Sequence record: SRR20825010_5116
DNA length: 39,900 nucleotides
Reading direction: 5' to 3' (one strand)
Shown: one piece after another, positions 20,282-29,236 of the stretch
Position numbering within the stretch: position 1 is the stretch's first letter
Layout: the number at the start of each line of letters is the position of its first letter
Notes under the pieces: generated by a model
Told to the model about the DNA's origin: nothing
The model's input: the letters and a program-made list of their open reading frames with translations, nothing else
Databases searched by the model: none
Translations under genes and position numbers: made by a program

Positions 20282-20527
20282 ATGATCCAAAACTCAACTT
20301 CATGAAAACAATTATTCTTGATCGAATGTAAGTAATTCGAAAAAACAACGATGATTACTCTACTGGGTAGTTCATCCGTCCAATAATCCTAGCACTTCCC
20401 TACTCGATTTCCGTCTATTCTGTACGCCCGCCACGTCTTAATCCTGAACATAATTCAAACATAAAAGAACATAATTGACATTTTTACAGAGATAGAATCA
20501 AGACCTTATGTTTCTTAATCACAAGCT

Positions 20528-22213
20528 ATGTATGATCAGATTAAACAGAATGATGGAATCGTTAAACAATCAAAGAAGAAATCTTCTGCAGAACTAAATC
20601 CATCTTCTCAAAACAGTGCTCTCAAGCAAGCAGACGGTAAAAACGCAGCCAAGTTAACCGCGCTTGCAGATTCATATATAGACAAGAAACATCCTCTACA
20701 GAAAAAAGCAAATCCAAAAGGGATTGAAAAGACAAATAATACAGGTTTACCCGACAAGTTGAAGTCTGGAATTGAAAACCTCTCAGGTTACTCAATGGAT
20801 GATGTGAAGGTGCATTACAATTCTAGCAAGCCCGCGCAATTACAGGCTCATGCGTATGCTCAGGGAAATCAAATTCATTTATCTGCTGGCCAAGAAAAAC
20901 ACCTTCCACATGAAGCTTGGCATGTTGTGCAGCAAAAACAAGGGCGTGTAAGACCTACTTTTCAATTGAAGGAAAATGTGGCAGTTAATGACAACAAATC
21001 CTTGGAAAAAGAGGCTGACGTGATGGGGAAAAGAGCAAATAGTTCAAGTCTCCATACACAACCTTCGGTAAATCAAATTGAGACCAACGAGTCAGGTAAT
21101 ACGATACAACCAAAATGGATACAAGAAAGTGATAGTTTGCTTCGGTGGAATGGGCTGTTGCAAGGTGTACAATGGTACGAAATAATTGATGGGGTTGAAA
21201 AAGGGAAAATGTACTATAAAGTTGTAAATCCAAGAGTTATCCCGCCAGATCATCTTGCTTCATATTTAGAGAATCAAAAGAAACCAATGCAACGAGATTT
21301 CTATTTGGAAAACAGTGAATTTGGAGATCTTTATGGTCAATTGGACTCTCAAGTAATATCAGAAGAAGAAGCTAGAGTAACAGCCCCAGAGAGCTCATTG
21401 ACCGAAGCTTTTTTGCACAAGTACTCAGAACAGTTAACGGAAATAACTAGCAAGGTTGCCGAGATGAAAGGCATAATAACACGTGTTATAGCTGCAGAAA
21501 AACAATATTCCAGCACACATTTTGTTTTCTACCATGCGATGTCTAAAACATCAAGGCTCATGGTTGAATACAACAAAGCTAAAGGTGGTTATGAAAGAGA
21601 CTACCAAAACATAATGCAATATTTTAGAACTCCCGATTTTTTTGTTAGTGAGTCCCGTCCAAACACAGTTGAAGACGCAACAAAGTCACTTTCCGAAAAA
21701 GCAGGAGATCACGGATCAATTAGATCCCATATTATTTCTCTGAGTACTTCATTATTTTCGAATTTCGAGGATATCGGAGAATCTACACTGAATTTCTTTA
21801 TGCAAAACATCAATATTTCTACTCCATGGAAAGATCAATTGGCAGAAAAGTTAAAAGGACCTAAATTTGGGAAGTGGTGGAAAGCCTTCGGGCAGATAGA
21901 AGATGCTGAAGGGCAATCTGGGGATTTAGTTCAGATAATCATTCCAAAAGATATTGCTGAGCAAATCGTACTTGCTACCACGGCAGGAGGTACGCCAGCA
22001 CAAATGCCCATATCGAGTGCTATAAATATTGGCCCTGAAAAGGTTACAACTTCAAAAGGAGAGGAAGAACATTTACAAGGTCGACTTTTGCTTACTAGTG
22101 ATATAACAAAAAAGGTGATGGACGAAATAATTACTAACGTATATTCATTTGGCGAGTTATCAGGCCTAGATGAAAAAATTCAAAAAATGGTTAAAGCTAT
22201 TCCATCTAAATAA
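20528..22213 (+). CDS. DUF4157 (eCIS core) domain protein with an uncharacterised C-terminal putative effector domain
   Basis: NNTGLPDKLKSGIENLSG...VKVHYNS...AHAYAQG..IH...LPHEAWHVVQQ...LEKEAD; ~370 aa variable C-terminus. Confidence 0.88.
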   Translation: MYDQIKQNDGIVKQSKKKSSAELNPSSQNSALKQADGKNAAKLTALADSYIDKKHPLQKKANPKGIEKTNNTGLPDKLKSGIENLSGYSMDDVKVHYNSSKPAQLQAHAYAQGNQIHLSAGQEKHLPHEAWHVVQQKQGRVRPTFQLKENVAVNDNKSLEKEADVMGKRANSSSLHTQPSVNQIETNESGNTIQPKWIQESDSLLRWNGLLQGVQWYEIIDGVEKGKMYYKVVNPRVIPPDHLASYLENQKKPMQRDFYLENSEFGDLYGQLDSQVISEEEARVTAPESSLTEAFLHKYSEQLTEITSKVAEMKGIITRVIAAEKQYSSTHFVFYHAMSKTSRLMVEYNKAKGGYERDYQNIMQYFRTPDFFVSESRPNTVEDATKSLSEKAGDHGSIRSHIISLSTSLFSNFEDIGESTLNFFMQNINISTPWKDQLAEKLKGPKFGKWWKAFGQIEDAEGQSGDLVQIIIPKDIAEQIVLATTAGGTPAQMPISSAINIGPEKVTTSKGEEEHLQGRLLLTSDITKKVMDEIITNVYSFGELSGLDEKIQKMVKAIPSK

Positions 22214-22283
22214 CTTTAGAACCGATAATATCTTTAATGATCGCACTCTACTCCTCCAACGGATAGCTCAAACGTGAATCTTT

Positions 22284-22318
22284 TGCGTCCTTTTCCGCTT
22301 TTTCTCGTCTTTAAGATA
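22284..22318 (+). promoter_or_regulatory. Putative SigZ-dependent promoter 1 (autoregulatory): TGCGTC-N16-CGTC
   Basis: -35 at 22284-22289, -10 at 22306-22309; near-identical copy at 22898. Confidence 0.7.
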
Positions 22319-22342
22319 GTCTGGAACAAATCCATCAACTGA

Positions 22343-22891
22343 ATGAATGACATAATCGAGAATATTTGGAACGACTTCCATAAAGAATTAAAAAAATTCA
22401 TCCTGAAAAAAGTACAGGACGAAGATATTGCCAATGATATTTTACAGGACGTGTTCCTCAAAATAATCGATAATGCGGACAAAATCGCACAAGCCAAAAG
22501 TGTTCAGCAATATATTTATGGAATTGCCCGAAACGTCACCATTGACCATTTTAGAAAATCTGGAAAAAAAACATCCGTAGAAAACGAATACACGCTTATT
22601 TCTGAGGAAGAAACCGATTCTTTGAATGCCACTATCGCACATTGCTGCATCAAACCTTTTATCAAACAGCTTCCTAACAAATACCAAGTAGCACTTACAA
22701 AAACGGAGTTTGAAAATATCAGTCAAAAAGACTTGGCGAAGGAGCTTAATATTTCGTACTCCGGAGCTAAATCAAGGGTTCAAAGAGGAAAAGAACAACT
22801 GAAAGAACTCATCATCGCTTGTTGCAATTTTCCAAGCGACATTTATGGTAATCTTCAACCTACGGAATCCAAAAAATGTAACTGCGATTAA
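22343..22891 (+). CDS. sigZ: ECF sigma factor, SigZ-type, with Cys-rich C-terminal half
   Basis: DILQDVFLK, IARNVTIDHFRK, SQKDLAKELNISYSGAKSRVQRGK; Cys clusters HCC, ACC, KCNCD; no anti-sigma gene adjacent. Confidence 0.9.
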   Translation: MNDIIENIWNDFHKELKKFILKKVQDEDIANDILQDVFLKIIDNADKIAQAKSVQQYIYGIARNVTIDHFRKSGKKTSVENEYTLISEEETDSLNATIAHCCIKPFIKQLPNKYQVALTKTEFENISQKDLAKELNISYSGAKSRVQRGKEQLKELIIACCNFPSDIYGNLQPTESKKCNCD

Positions 22892-22897
22892 TTTTTT

Positions 22898-22931
22898 TGC
22901 GTCTTTTTCTTCTGTCTTGCGTGTTTAGATA
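22898..22931 (+). promoter_or_regulatory. Putative SigZ-dependent promoter 2: TGCGTC-N16-CGTG, upstream of the deacetylase-arsM pair
   Basis: -35 at 22898-22903, -10 at 22920-22923; same spacing and pyrimidine-rich spacer as promoter 1. Confidence 0.7.
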
Positions 22932-22950
22932 AACAGATAAAAAAGACAGA

Positions 22951-23670
22951 ATGAAAATCATGTACATCTTTCCGCATCCTGATGACGAATCATTTGGACC
23001 AGCGGGAGCAATCGACAAGCAAATTAAAGAAGGAAACGAAGTTATTCTTTTGACGCTTACAAAGGGCGGTGCGACAAAAGTGAGACATCAACTTGGATTG
23101 ACCGTTCAGGAAATGGGCGAAGTGAGAGAAAAAGAAATGCGAAAAGTACAAAAGACTTTGCGTATTTCAGAGATGACCGTTTTAGACTACGAAGATGGCG
23201 GACTAGCGAAAATCAACCCGCTCCATCTTGAACGTGAACTACAAAAATGGCTTCAACAATACCAACCCAATGTTGTAGTTACCTATCCCGTTCACGGAGG
23301 TAGCGGACATCACGATCACATTGCGTTGCACCACGTTATCAAGCATTTATTTTTCAGTAAAAAGAACGATCTCCTATTTTGGAAACGACTCGCCTATTTC
23401 ACAGTTGTTGATACGGGACTTCCCATGTTCTTTGAAGGAGGAATGCCAAGAGTTACTTGGACTAAAAAAGAAGATGTTATGGTCACTGAAATGTTAAGCG
23501 ATTCGAACATCAATCAAATGAAAGAAGCTTTGCTTTGCTACGACACGTATCAAGAAATGGTGAAAACCACCAATGTAATTGAAAGAATTGGAGATAAAAC
23601 GTACTTCGAACTCGAAAGTGAAGTACATCCCAAAATGCTCTCATCCATAACTGAATCACTCAATAATTAA
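22951..23670 (+). CDS. PIG-L / LmbE family deacetylase (BshB/MshB/Mca superfamily)
   Basis: PHPDDES, LTKGG, REKEM, GHHDH metal-binding motifs. Confidence 0.9.
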   Translation: MKIMYIFPHPDDESFGPAGAIDKQIKEGNEVILLTLTKGGATKVRHQLGLTVQEMGEVREKEMRKVQKTLRISEMTVLDYEDGGLAKINPLHLERELQKWLQQYQPNVVVTYPVHGGSGHHDHIALHHVIKHLFFSKKNDLLFWKRLAYFTVVDTGLPMFFEGGMPRVTWTKKEDVMVTEMLSDSNINQMKEALLCYDTYQEMVKTTNVIERIGDKTYFELESEVHPKMLSSITESLNN

Positions 23671-23680
23671 ACTCAAAAAA

Positions 23681-24610
23681 ATGACGACAGTAAAAGAAGA
23701 AATCAAAAGATCGTACGGAGAAATTGCAAAAGGAACCATTCAAGTAGGTTGCTGTTCAACGGATACGGAATGTTGCACTACAGGTGAATTTAGCACTTCA
23801 ATGGCTGAAAACTATGACGGCATCGAGGGTTATGAAAAATCCTCTGATTTGTCGCTAGGTTGTGGTCTTCCAACAGAAATAGCCAATATAAACGAAGGAG
23901 ATACCGTTATCGATCTCGGTTCAGGAGCTGGAAATGACGTGTTCATTGCACGCAGAATTGTAGGCGAAACAGGAAAGGTAATTGGCGTTGACAGGACCCC
24001 TGAAATGGTAATCCGTGCTTTACAAAACAACCAAAAATTAGGTTACAAAAACGTGGAGTTTGTGTTGGGTGAAATAGAAAATATGACGGAAATATCAACA
24101 AGTACCGCAGATGTAGTGATCAGCAATTGCGTTATGAACCTCACGCCAGACAAAGAAAAAGCATTTAAAGAAGTTCACAGAGTTTTAAAAGTTGGTGGAC
24201 ATTTCAGTATTTCGGATGTTGTTTCTATCGGGACACTTCCCAATGGGATTTTACAAGCAGCTGAAATGTATGCTGGATGCATCTCTGGAGCCACTGAAAA
24301 AGGAGCCTACTTGGGAATCATCAAGTCTGTTGGATTCAAGAACATTCAAATAAAAAAAGAACGGCTGATTGAATTATCTGACGAGTTACTTCTAAAGTAT
24401 GTGAGTCCAAAAGAATTGAAAAAGTTCAGAAACGCGAATTCGGGAATTTACAGCATTACCGTTTACGCTGACAAATTGGACGAAGGTGCATGCTGCGAGT
24501 CTTCCAACAGTGGATGTTGTGGCAGCGAAACGTCAAAGTCGGAAAAAAATGTAGAATCGAGTTGCTGTACTACTGCATCGGAAAGTAAAAGTTCAAGTTG
24601 TTGTAGTTAA
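23681..24610 (+). CDS. arsM: Arsenite methyltransferase with Cys-rich N- and C-terminal tails
   Basis: GCC, LSLGCGLP, DLGSGAGND, ISNCVMNL and YAGCISGA conserved ArsM cysteine motifs; tail with four CC pairs. Confidence 0.95.
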   Translation: MTTVKEEIKRSYGEIAKGTIQVGCCSTDTECCTTGEFSTSMAENYDGIEGYEKSSDLSLGCGLPTEIANINEGDTVIDLGSGAGNDVFIARRIVGETGKVIGVDRTPEMVIRALQNNQKLGYKNVEFVLGEIENMTEISTSTADVVISNCVMNLTPDKEKAFKEVHRVLKVGGHFSISDVVSIGTLPNGILQAAEMYAGCISGATEKGAYLGIIKSVGFKNIQIKKERLIELSDELLLKYVSPKELKKFRNANSGIYSITVYADKLDEGACCESSNSGCCGSETSKSEKNVESSCCTTASESKSSSCCS

Positions 24611-24798
24611 GTCCACTCAATAGCCATGTATACTTTTCAATTGTTTGGATAAAAACGCGGCTAGTCCTTGTATACTTACTCTATACAATCGCATGCAATT
24701 CACTCATATAAAAACAATTAGATCAAAAAAAAGCGAAGCTTTTTCAAGAAAATTACTCACAATTAAACATTCATTTACTTCAATATAAAGATCAAATT

Positions 24799-25665
24799 AT
24801 GAAACAATTTGTTATCACATTAAACCTCATTTTGTGTTCCGTTTATGGTTATTCACAAGAGTTTTCCTTCAATTTAATCGTTGAAGATGCTATCGGAAAT
24901 ACGGACACATTGATTTTCGGTTATGATGCTACAGCAACAAATGGAATTGACGCTTTTTTCGGAGAAACAAACATTGTATCCACCCCGATTACCACGGCTC
25001 TAGACGTTAGATTCTCGGATGTAATGAAAAACGGCACCTTAACTCCTACACATCAATCGAAAAAGCAAATCATCACCAATGAGTGTCCAAACTGGCTATC
25101 ATCTGATTTTGGAACCTCCATTGAAATTTATTCAAACAATTATCCCGTTACCTTAAAATGGGACAGCGCACAATTCAATGACACGTGCAGAATTGGGACT
25201 ATTCTAACGGATGTTCACCCCGGAGGATGGTTCGATACACAAGGAACTTTTCGAACTTTCTTAGCACAGACGGATAGTGTGACGATTAATTTTCCTCACT
25301 ATGACTACACAAACAGTCAATCTCAAACGATGGGAGTACTTTGGATTTCATTTATGGATACTTCTGTATTTGACATTCCTTTTGATCCCATAATTTTTGA
25401 CCCCAACTGGGCTAATTCTCTTGAAGAGTATAATTCATCTTCACTCCAAATCTACCCGAACCCAGCCGACAACTATGCTACAATTCGTTGCTCAGAAAAA
25501 ATGGAGTCGATCAATATATTTAATAGTTACGGACAACTTGTATATTCACAACTCAAAAATGTAACGAATGAAGTCGATTTATCCTCGCTTACTTCTGGAA
25601 TCTATACAGTCAGAATTAGGACAGAAAATGGATTGATGATTAGACAAAAACTGGTTAAGAAATGA
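24799..25665 (+). CDS. Secreted protein with T9SS type A sorting domain
   Basis: Signal peptide; FGYDATATNGID motif; IYPNPA...IFNSYGQLV...LTSGIY...KLVKK. Confidence 0.88.
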   Translation: MKQFVITLNLILCSVYGYSQEFSFNLIVEDAIGNTDTLIFGYDATATNGIDAFFGETNIVSTPITTALDVRFSDVMKNGTLTPTHQSKKQIITNECPNWLSSDFGTSIEIYSNNYPVTLKWDSAQFNDTCRIGTILTDVHPGGWFDTQGTFRTFLAQTDSVTINFPHYDYTNSQSQTMGVLWISFMDTSVFDIPFDPIIFDPNWANSLEEYNSSSLQIYPNPADNYATIRCSEKMESINIFNSYGQLVYSQLKNVTNEVDLSSLTSGIYTVRIRTENGLMIRQKLVKK

Positions 25666-26114
25666 AGGAAGTAATACTAATCTATCTGTTTACCTTGGGT
25701 TTCACTTGTCTAGGACAGAGTGAAATACCTGAATGTATTCTGAATAAATCGACATTTTACAGCACTTTTGACACTTTACGTATGAATGATTTATCCCAAC
25801 AGATTCAAGACCTCGAACCAACAAGTTCTAGAGGGAAAGAAGGAAAAAAGCTTAAATTTGGTGCATCGCTCAAATTACCAGAATTCGATTCCAACGATAG
25901 TCTTCTTCGTATCACTGTTCGCGAAAAAGAAAACAAAAAATGGCTTGAACTTTCAAAAAAGGACGACTCATTTGTGTTCGTTAAAATCAACGACAGAAAC
26001 AAGGAAGTAATTTTTTCACGGAGCTCTTCAAAAAAAGTGAATTCCCGTCGTTATAGACGTTATTTAAGGAAATTAACTTCAATTCTAAACGATTGTAACA
26101 TCCATTGTTCCTAG
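25662..26114 (+). CDS. Hypothetical exported protein
   Basis: ATGA overlap with the upstream gene; signal-peptide-like N-terminus. Confidence 0.7.
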   Translation: MKEVILIYLFTLGFTCLGQSEIPECILNKSTFYSTFDTLRMNDLSQQIQDLEPTSSRGKEGKKLKFGASLKLPEFDSNDSLLRITVREKENKKWLELSKKDDSFVFVKINDRNKEVIFSRSSSKKVNSRRYRRYLRKLTSILNDCNIHCS

Positions 26115-26133
26115 CATATTATCTTTGAAATTT

Positions 26134-26910
26134 ATGAGAGAACGCTTTTTGATATTGTTTTTACTATTCTTGTCCAATGTGGTAAATAGCCAATTAACAA
26201 ATGTGCACATTTCTTCATTGGATTCAATTCGGAAGAACTCTGATTTTGACCTATTAAATAGTCACGATCACCATTGGAATAAGATGTCCGTTGAACGATT
26301 AGATAAGCGAATAAATCGATTTAAATCTTCTGCCTATTTCAATGATTCGCTCTCTGCTCAGGAGCAAATAGATACGATCCAAAAAATATATGATTACTCA
26401 ATACTCTACCGCGAAAACAGAAGTCGTTTTCAATTAATCGAGTTTGAGAATCACGAAATTAAGGACACTGTTAGAATTGACAAAGGGGCAAAAGCCATCT
26501 GCCTATATGAAGATTCGTCACTTTCCATTTTCACCGGTTTCGGAATTTTTGGCGGTATTTATTTTGAACTTGAACTTCAAAATGAGCAGTTAAGTGCTTT
26601 TATGATCATTGATGAATACAAAGAACAAGTGTTCAAGTTAAATGTAAATGATACGACACTCAACAGTAGTATTGAAATTCCTTTAGAGTCTCAACTCATA
26701 CACCTGGATCATTCGCCACAATTGTACAACGGAGAAATCCTCCACGGAAAGCTGGAATTCAAATCACCTACTTTTTACCGAAGTTCCAATCTCGATCCAT
26801 ACCTCTCCAAGGATTATTATAATCCGAATGAAGTTAACCAAGTATATTATACAGGGGAGTTAGAATTCACGTGTAAAGTTCTTGAGCCGCAATACAGAGT
26901 TGATTGGTAG
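26134..26910 (+). CDS. Hypothetical exported protein
   Basis: Signal peptide MRERFLILFLLFLSNVVNS; no family recognised. Confidence 0.75.
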   Translation: MRERFLILFLLFLSNVVNSQLTNVHISSLDSIRKNSDFDLLNSHDHHWNKMSVERLDKRINRFKSSAYFNDSLSAQEQIDTIQKIYDYSILYRENRSRFQLIEFENHEIKDTVRIDKGAKAICLYEDSSLSIFTGFGIFGGIYFELELQNEQLSAFMIIDEYKEQVFKLNVNDTTLNSSIEIPLESQLIHLDHSPQLYNGEILHGKLEFKSPTFYRSSNLDPYLSKDYYNPNEVNQVYYTGELEFTCKVLEPQYRVDW

Positions 26911-26937
26911 TAATGTATTTCAAAAAACCTATCCCAA

Positions 26938-27561
26938 ATGATCACTAACGTAAAATACCTGCTGCTTCTTTTCAGTTTCACGCTAATCGGCTGCAGATCG
27001 AACAATTCAATTGAAAAAAGGAGCGAGAAAGATGATGCGTTTATTGAAGCACTCATTTATCGTCATGATTTTAAAGTACAAGCACAAATCAACAACTTTA
27101 AAAGTAAAGGTGAAGTTGATCGAAAAATTGTCACCAACCGAGCGTCATCTGGAATTAACAAGTGGACTCCACTCTGCTTTGCTTCGTTTATTGGAAACCA
27201 TAACGCGGTTAATCAACTCATTAAAATTGGTGCAAATATTCATTTCAAGGATTTAAACGGTCAATCACCTATAATTCTGGCAGCAATTGCTGGAAACACT
27301 GAAGTCATTACCGTTTTACTTAAGCATGGGGCAAACATCAATGATATGGACAATAATAATTCCACGCCTTTAATTCATGCCGCTTCACAAGGAAATATTG
27401 AAACAGTTAAATTGTTAGTCAGATCCAAAGCGCTATTCAAGCCAGAAAAGAAGCACAGCGCGCTTGATTTTGCCTTATTTCACAATCGTAAGGAGGTTGC
27501 TGAGTATTTAAAGAAGGTAGAATCAGATCAACTAAAAAACACCCACGAGGGAGACCAATAA
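26938..27561 (+). CDS. Ankyrin-repeat lipoprotein
   Basis: Lipobox LIGC; TPLCFA, SPIILAA, TPLIHAA, SALDFA ankyrin repeats. Confidence 0.9.
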   Translation: MITNVKYLLLLFSFTLIGCRSNNSIEKRSEKDDAFIEALIYRHDFKVQAQINNFKSKGEVDRKIVTNRASSGINKWTPLCFASFIGNHNAVNQLIKIGANIHFKDLNGQSPIILAAIAGNTEVITVLLKHGANINDMDNNNSTPLIHAASQGNIETVKLLVRSKALFKPEKKHSALDFALFHNRKEVAEYLKKVESDQLKNTHEGDQ

Positions 27562-27578
27562 TAAACTATCATTACACC

Positions 27579-28139
27579 ATGGAAATTACATTTAAAGGAA
27601 AACTTCTATCTGAGAGTATATTAGATGAATATCAGTCTAGGTGGAAAATCCATCGAAAGAGAATGAAGGGCATTCTAGTCATCTTTGGAATTTTCACCAT
27701 CGCTTCTGGTATTATGGGGTTTGTTGGAATCGGTAAATACTCCATGATCAATCTCGTTGAAAATGAAATCCATTTCAACCTGAACCTCTTTTTTTCGATC
27801 GCTCTTTCCTCACTGTTAGTGTTTATGTACTTTCTTCTAATGACCTCAAAGAAGAAAAAACATCTCCTGACTTCAGGAAGATTAAGTGCCCAAAAGTATG
27901 CTGACATCGAGGAAATGACTGTCAATTTTGGCGATGATTTCATTCAAATTGATAAAAAGTTAACGGTTGTAAAATTGAATTGGATGCTTTTCTCGCATGT
28001 TTTCTATGTGGATCAATTTATTTTTATTGCCTTTTCAATTGATCCTTTGGATAGTCTTTGTCTTGACACCGAAATGATTTCTCCAGCAGAACTTGATCAA
28101 ATAAAAGTCTTTTTGGATCAAAAGATTAAATCGAGATAA
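27579..28139 (+). CDS. Two-TM membrane protein, YcxB-like C-terminus
   Basis: Two hydrophobic helices followed by F.DD.I......LNW..F..V beta-rich tail. Confidence 0.7.
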   Translation: MEITFKGKLLSESILDEYQSRWKIHRKRMKGILVIFGIFTIASGIMGFVGIGKYSMINLVENEIHFNLNLFFSIALSSLLVFMYFLLMTSKKKKHLLTSGRLSAQKYADIEEMTVNFGDDFIQIDKKLTVVKLNWMLFSHVFYVDQFIFIAFSIDPLDSLCLDTEMISPAELDQIKVFLDQKIKSR

Positions 28140-28329
28140 GAGCTGAAAGTTTCATGATCAACATTCGTTACAAATATTGGATTCTATTGATGCTTCAAAT
28201 GAAAGTACGCTAACCTAGAAACACACTTGCGCTATTCGCAAATTCATTTTTTGTTTCTTCGAAATTCAGTAGCGCCCCTTGCTAAAAACTTACATTCTTT
28301 GTTGCAAACAAATGCAATTCTTAATGTAT

Positions 28330-29079
28330 ATGCTTGCTTCAAAAAAACACACTTTAATACTCCTCACACTACTCCTTTCCTCTATTGATTCTCATGGTCA
28401 AATTGGAACTAGGTATCGTCGATCGCGTCCTCCAAACTTGACTGTTGATCTTGGTCATAATCTGAATTTTGAGCCCATTCAGCATAGATCCTGTTATTCT
28501 TTATGGAATACTCATCTAAAACTATCCGTCTCCAAAACCATAAAACGGACGAATGTTTTTGGTCTAGAGTTTGGAATAGATGCAAGGAATTTTAAACTCG
28601 ATTGTCTTGGAGAGCTTCTTGACGTTGATGTGGATTATGCTCAATTTTCTTCCTTCACAAAACATAACTATGGCTCATTCTTTCTTGGCGCAAATTATCA
28701 CAAGTGTTACATTAAAAACCGCTCCTATTTTTCATACGGGCTTAGCATTGGTAGCAATTATACCATTCGAAATAGATTAACCGTAGGCTTTCAACCTTTT
28801 GATAATTCTACTTATTCCGAAATTTTACTCTCTACTGCTCCACAAAAAGGTCCTTCATTCGGATTTTACTCTCAATTATCTGCCCGATTTGGCTTTATTT
28901 CAAACGGCTTCGTTTTTGGTATTGCTCCTGGAATTCGACTTAATCACGTATCCATTCCCTCCGTTTATCGGGAGAAGAAGGATACGGATGCATTCCCAAC
29001 AACAATTGAGTATCAAGACCAAATCACCCAAGTGCAATTCTCCGCATCACTTTTTGTCATTGTTCCAATAAATCTGTGA
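28330..29079 (+). CDS. Hypothetical exported protein, possible outer-membrane beta-barrel
   Basis: Signal peptide after ATG 28330; alternating hydrophobic/aromatic strands; start uncertain. Confidence 0.65.
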   Translation: MLASKKHTLILLTLLLSSIDSHGQIGTRYRRSRPPNLTVDLGHNLNFEPIQHRSCYSLWNTHLKLSVSKTIKRTNVFGLEFGIDARNFKLDCLGELLDVDVDYAQFSSFTKHNYGSFFLGANYHKCYIKNRSYFSYGLSIGSNYTIRNRLTVGFQPFDNSTYSEILLSTAPQKGPSFGFYSQLSARFGFISNGFVFGIAPGIRLNHVSIPSVYREKKDTDAFPTTIEYQDQITQVQFSASLFVIVPINL

Positions 29080-29236
29080 TCATTTCCGCGACATTGCAAG
29101 AAGACGAATACCTATTTCCACCCACCAATAACTGTTTTCAACCAATGGAAATAATCTTGTGAGAAAAAAGCCAAGAATAACTCAACTTTGAGTTCATGAA
29201 TTAAATCATCTTGTTCAGGTGAATTATAGCATAAAA

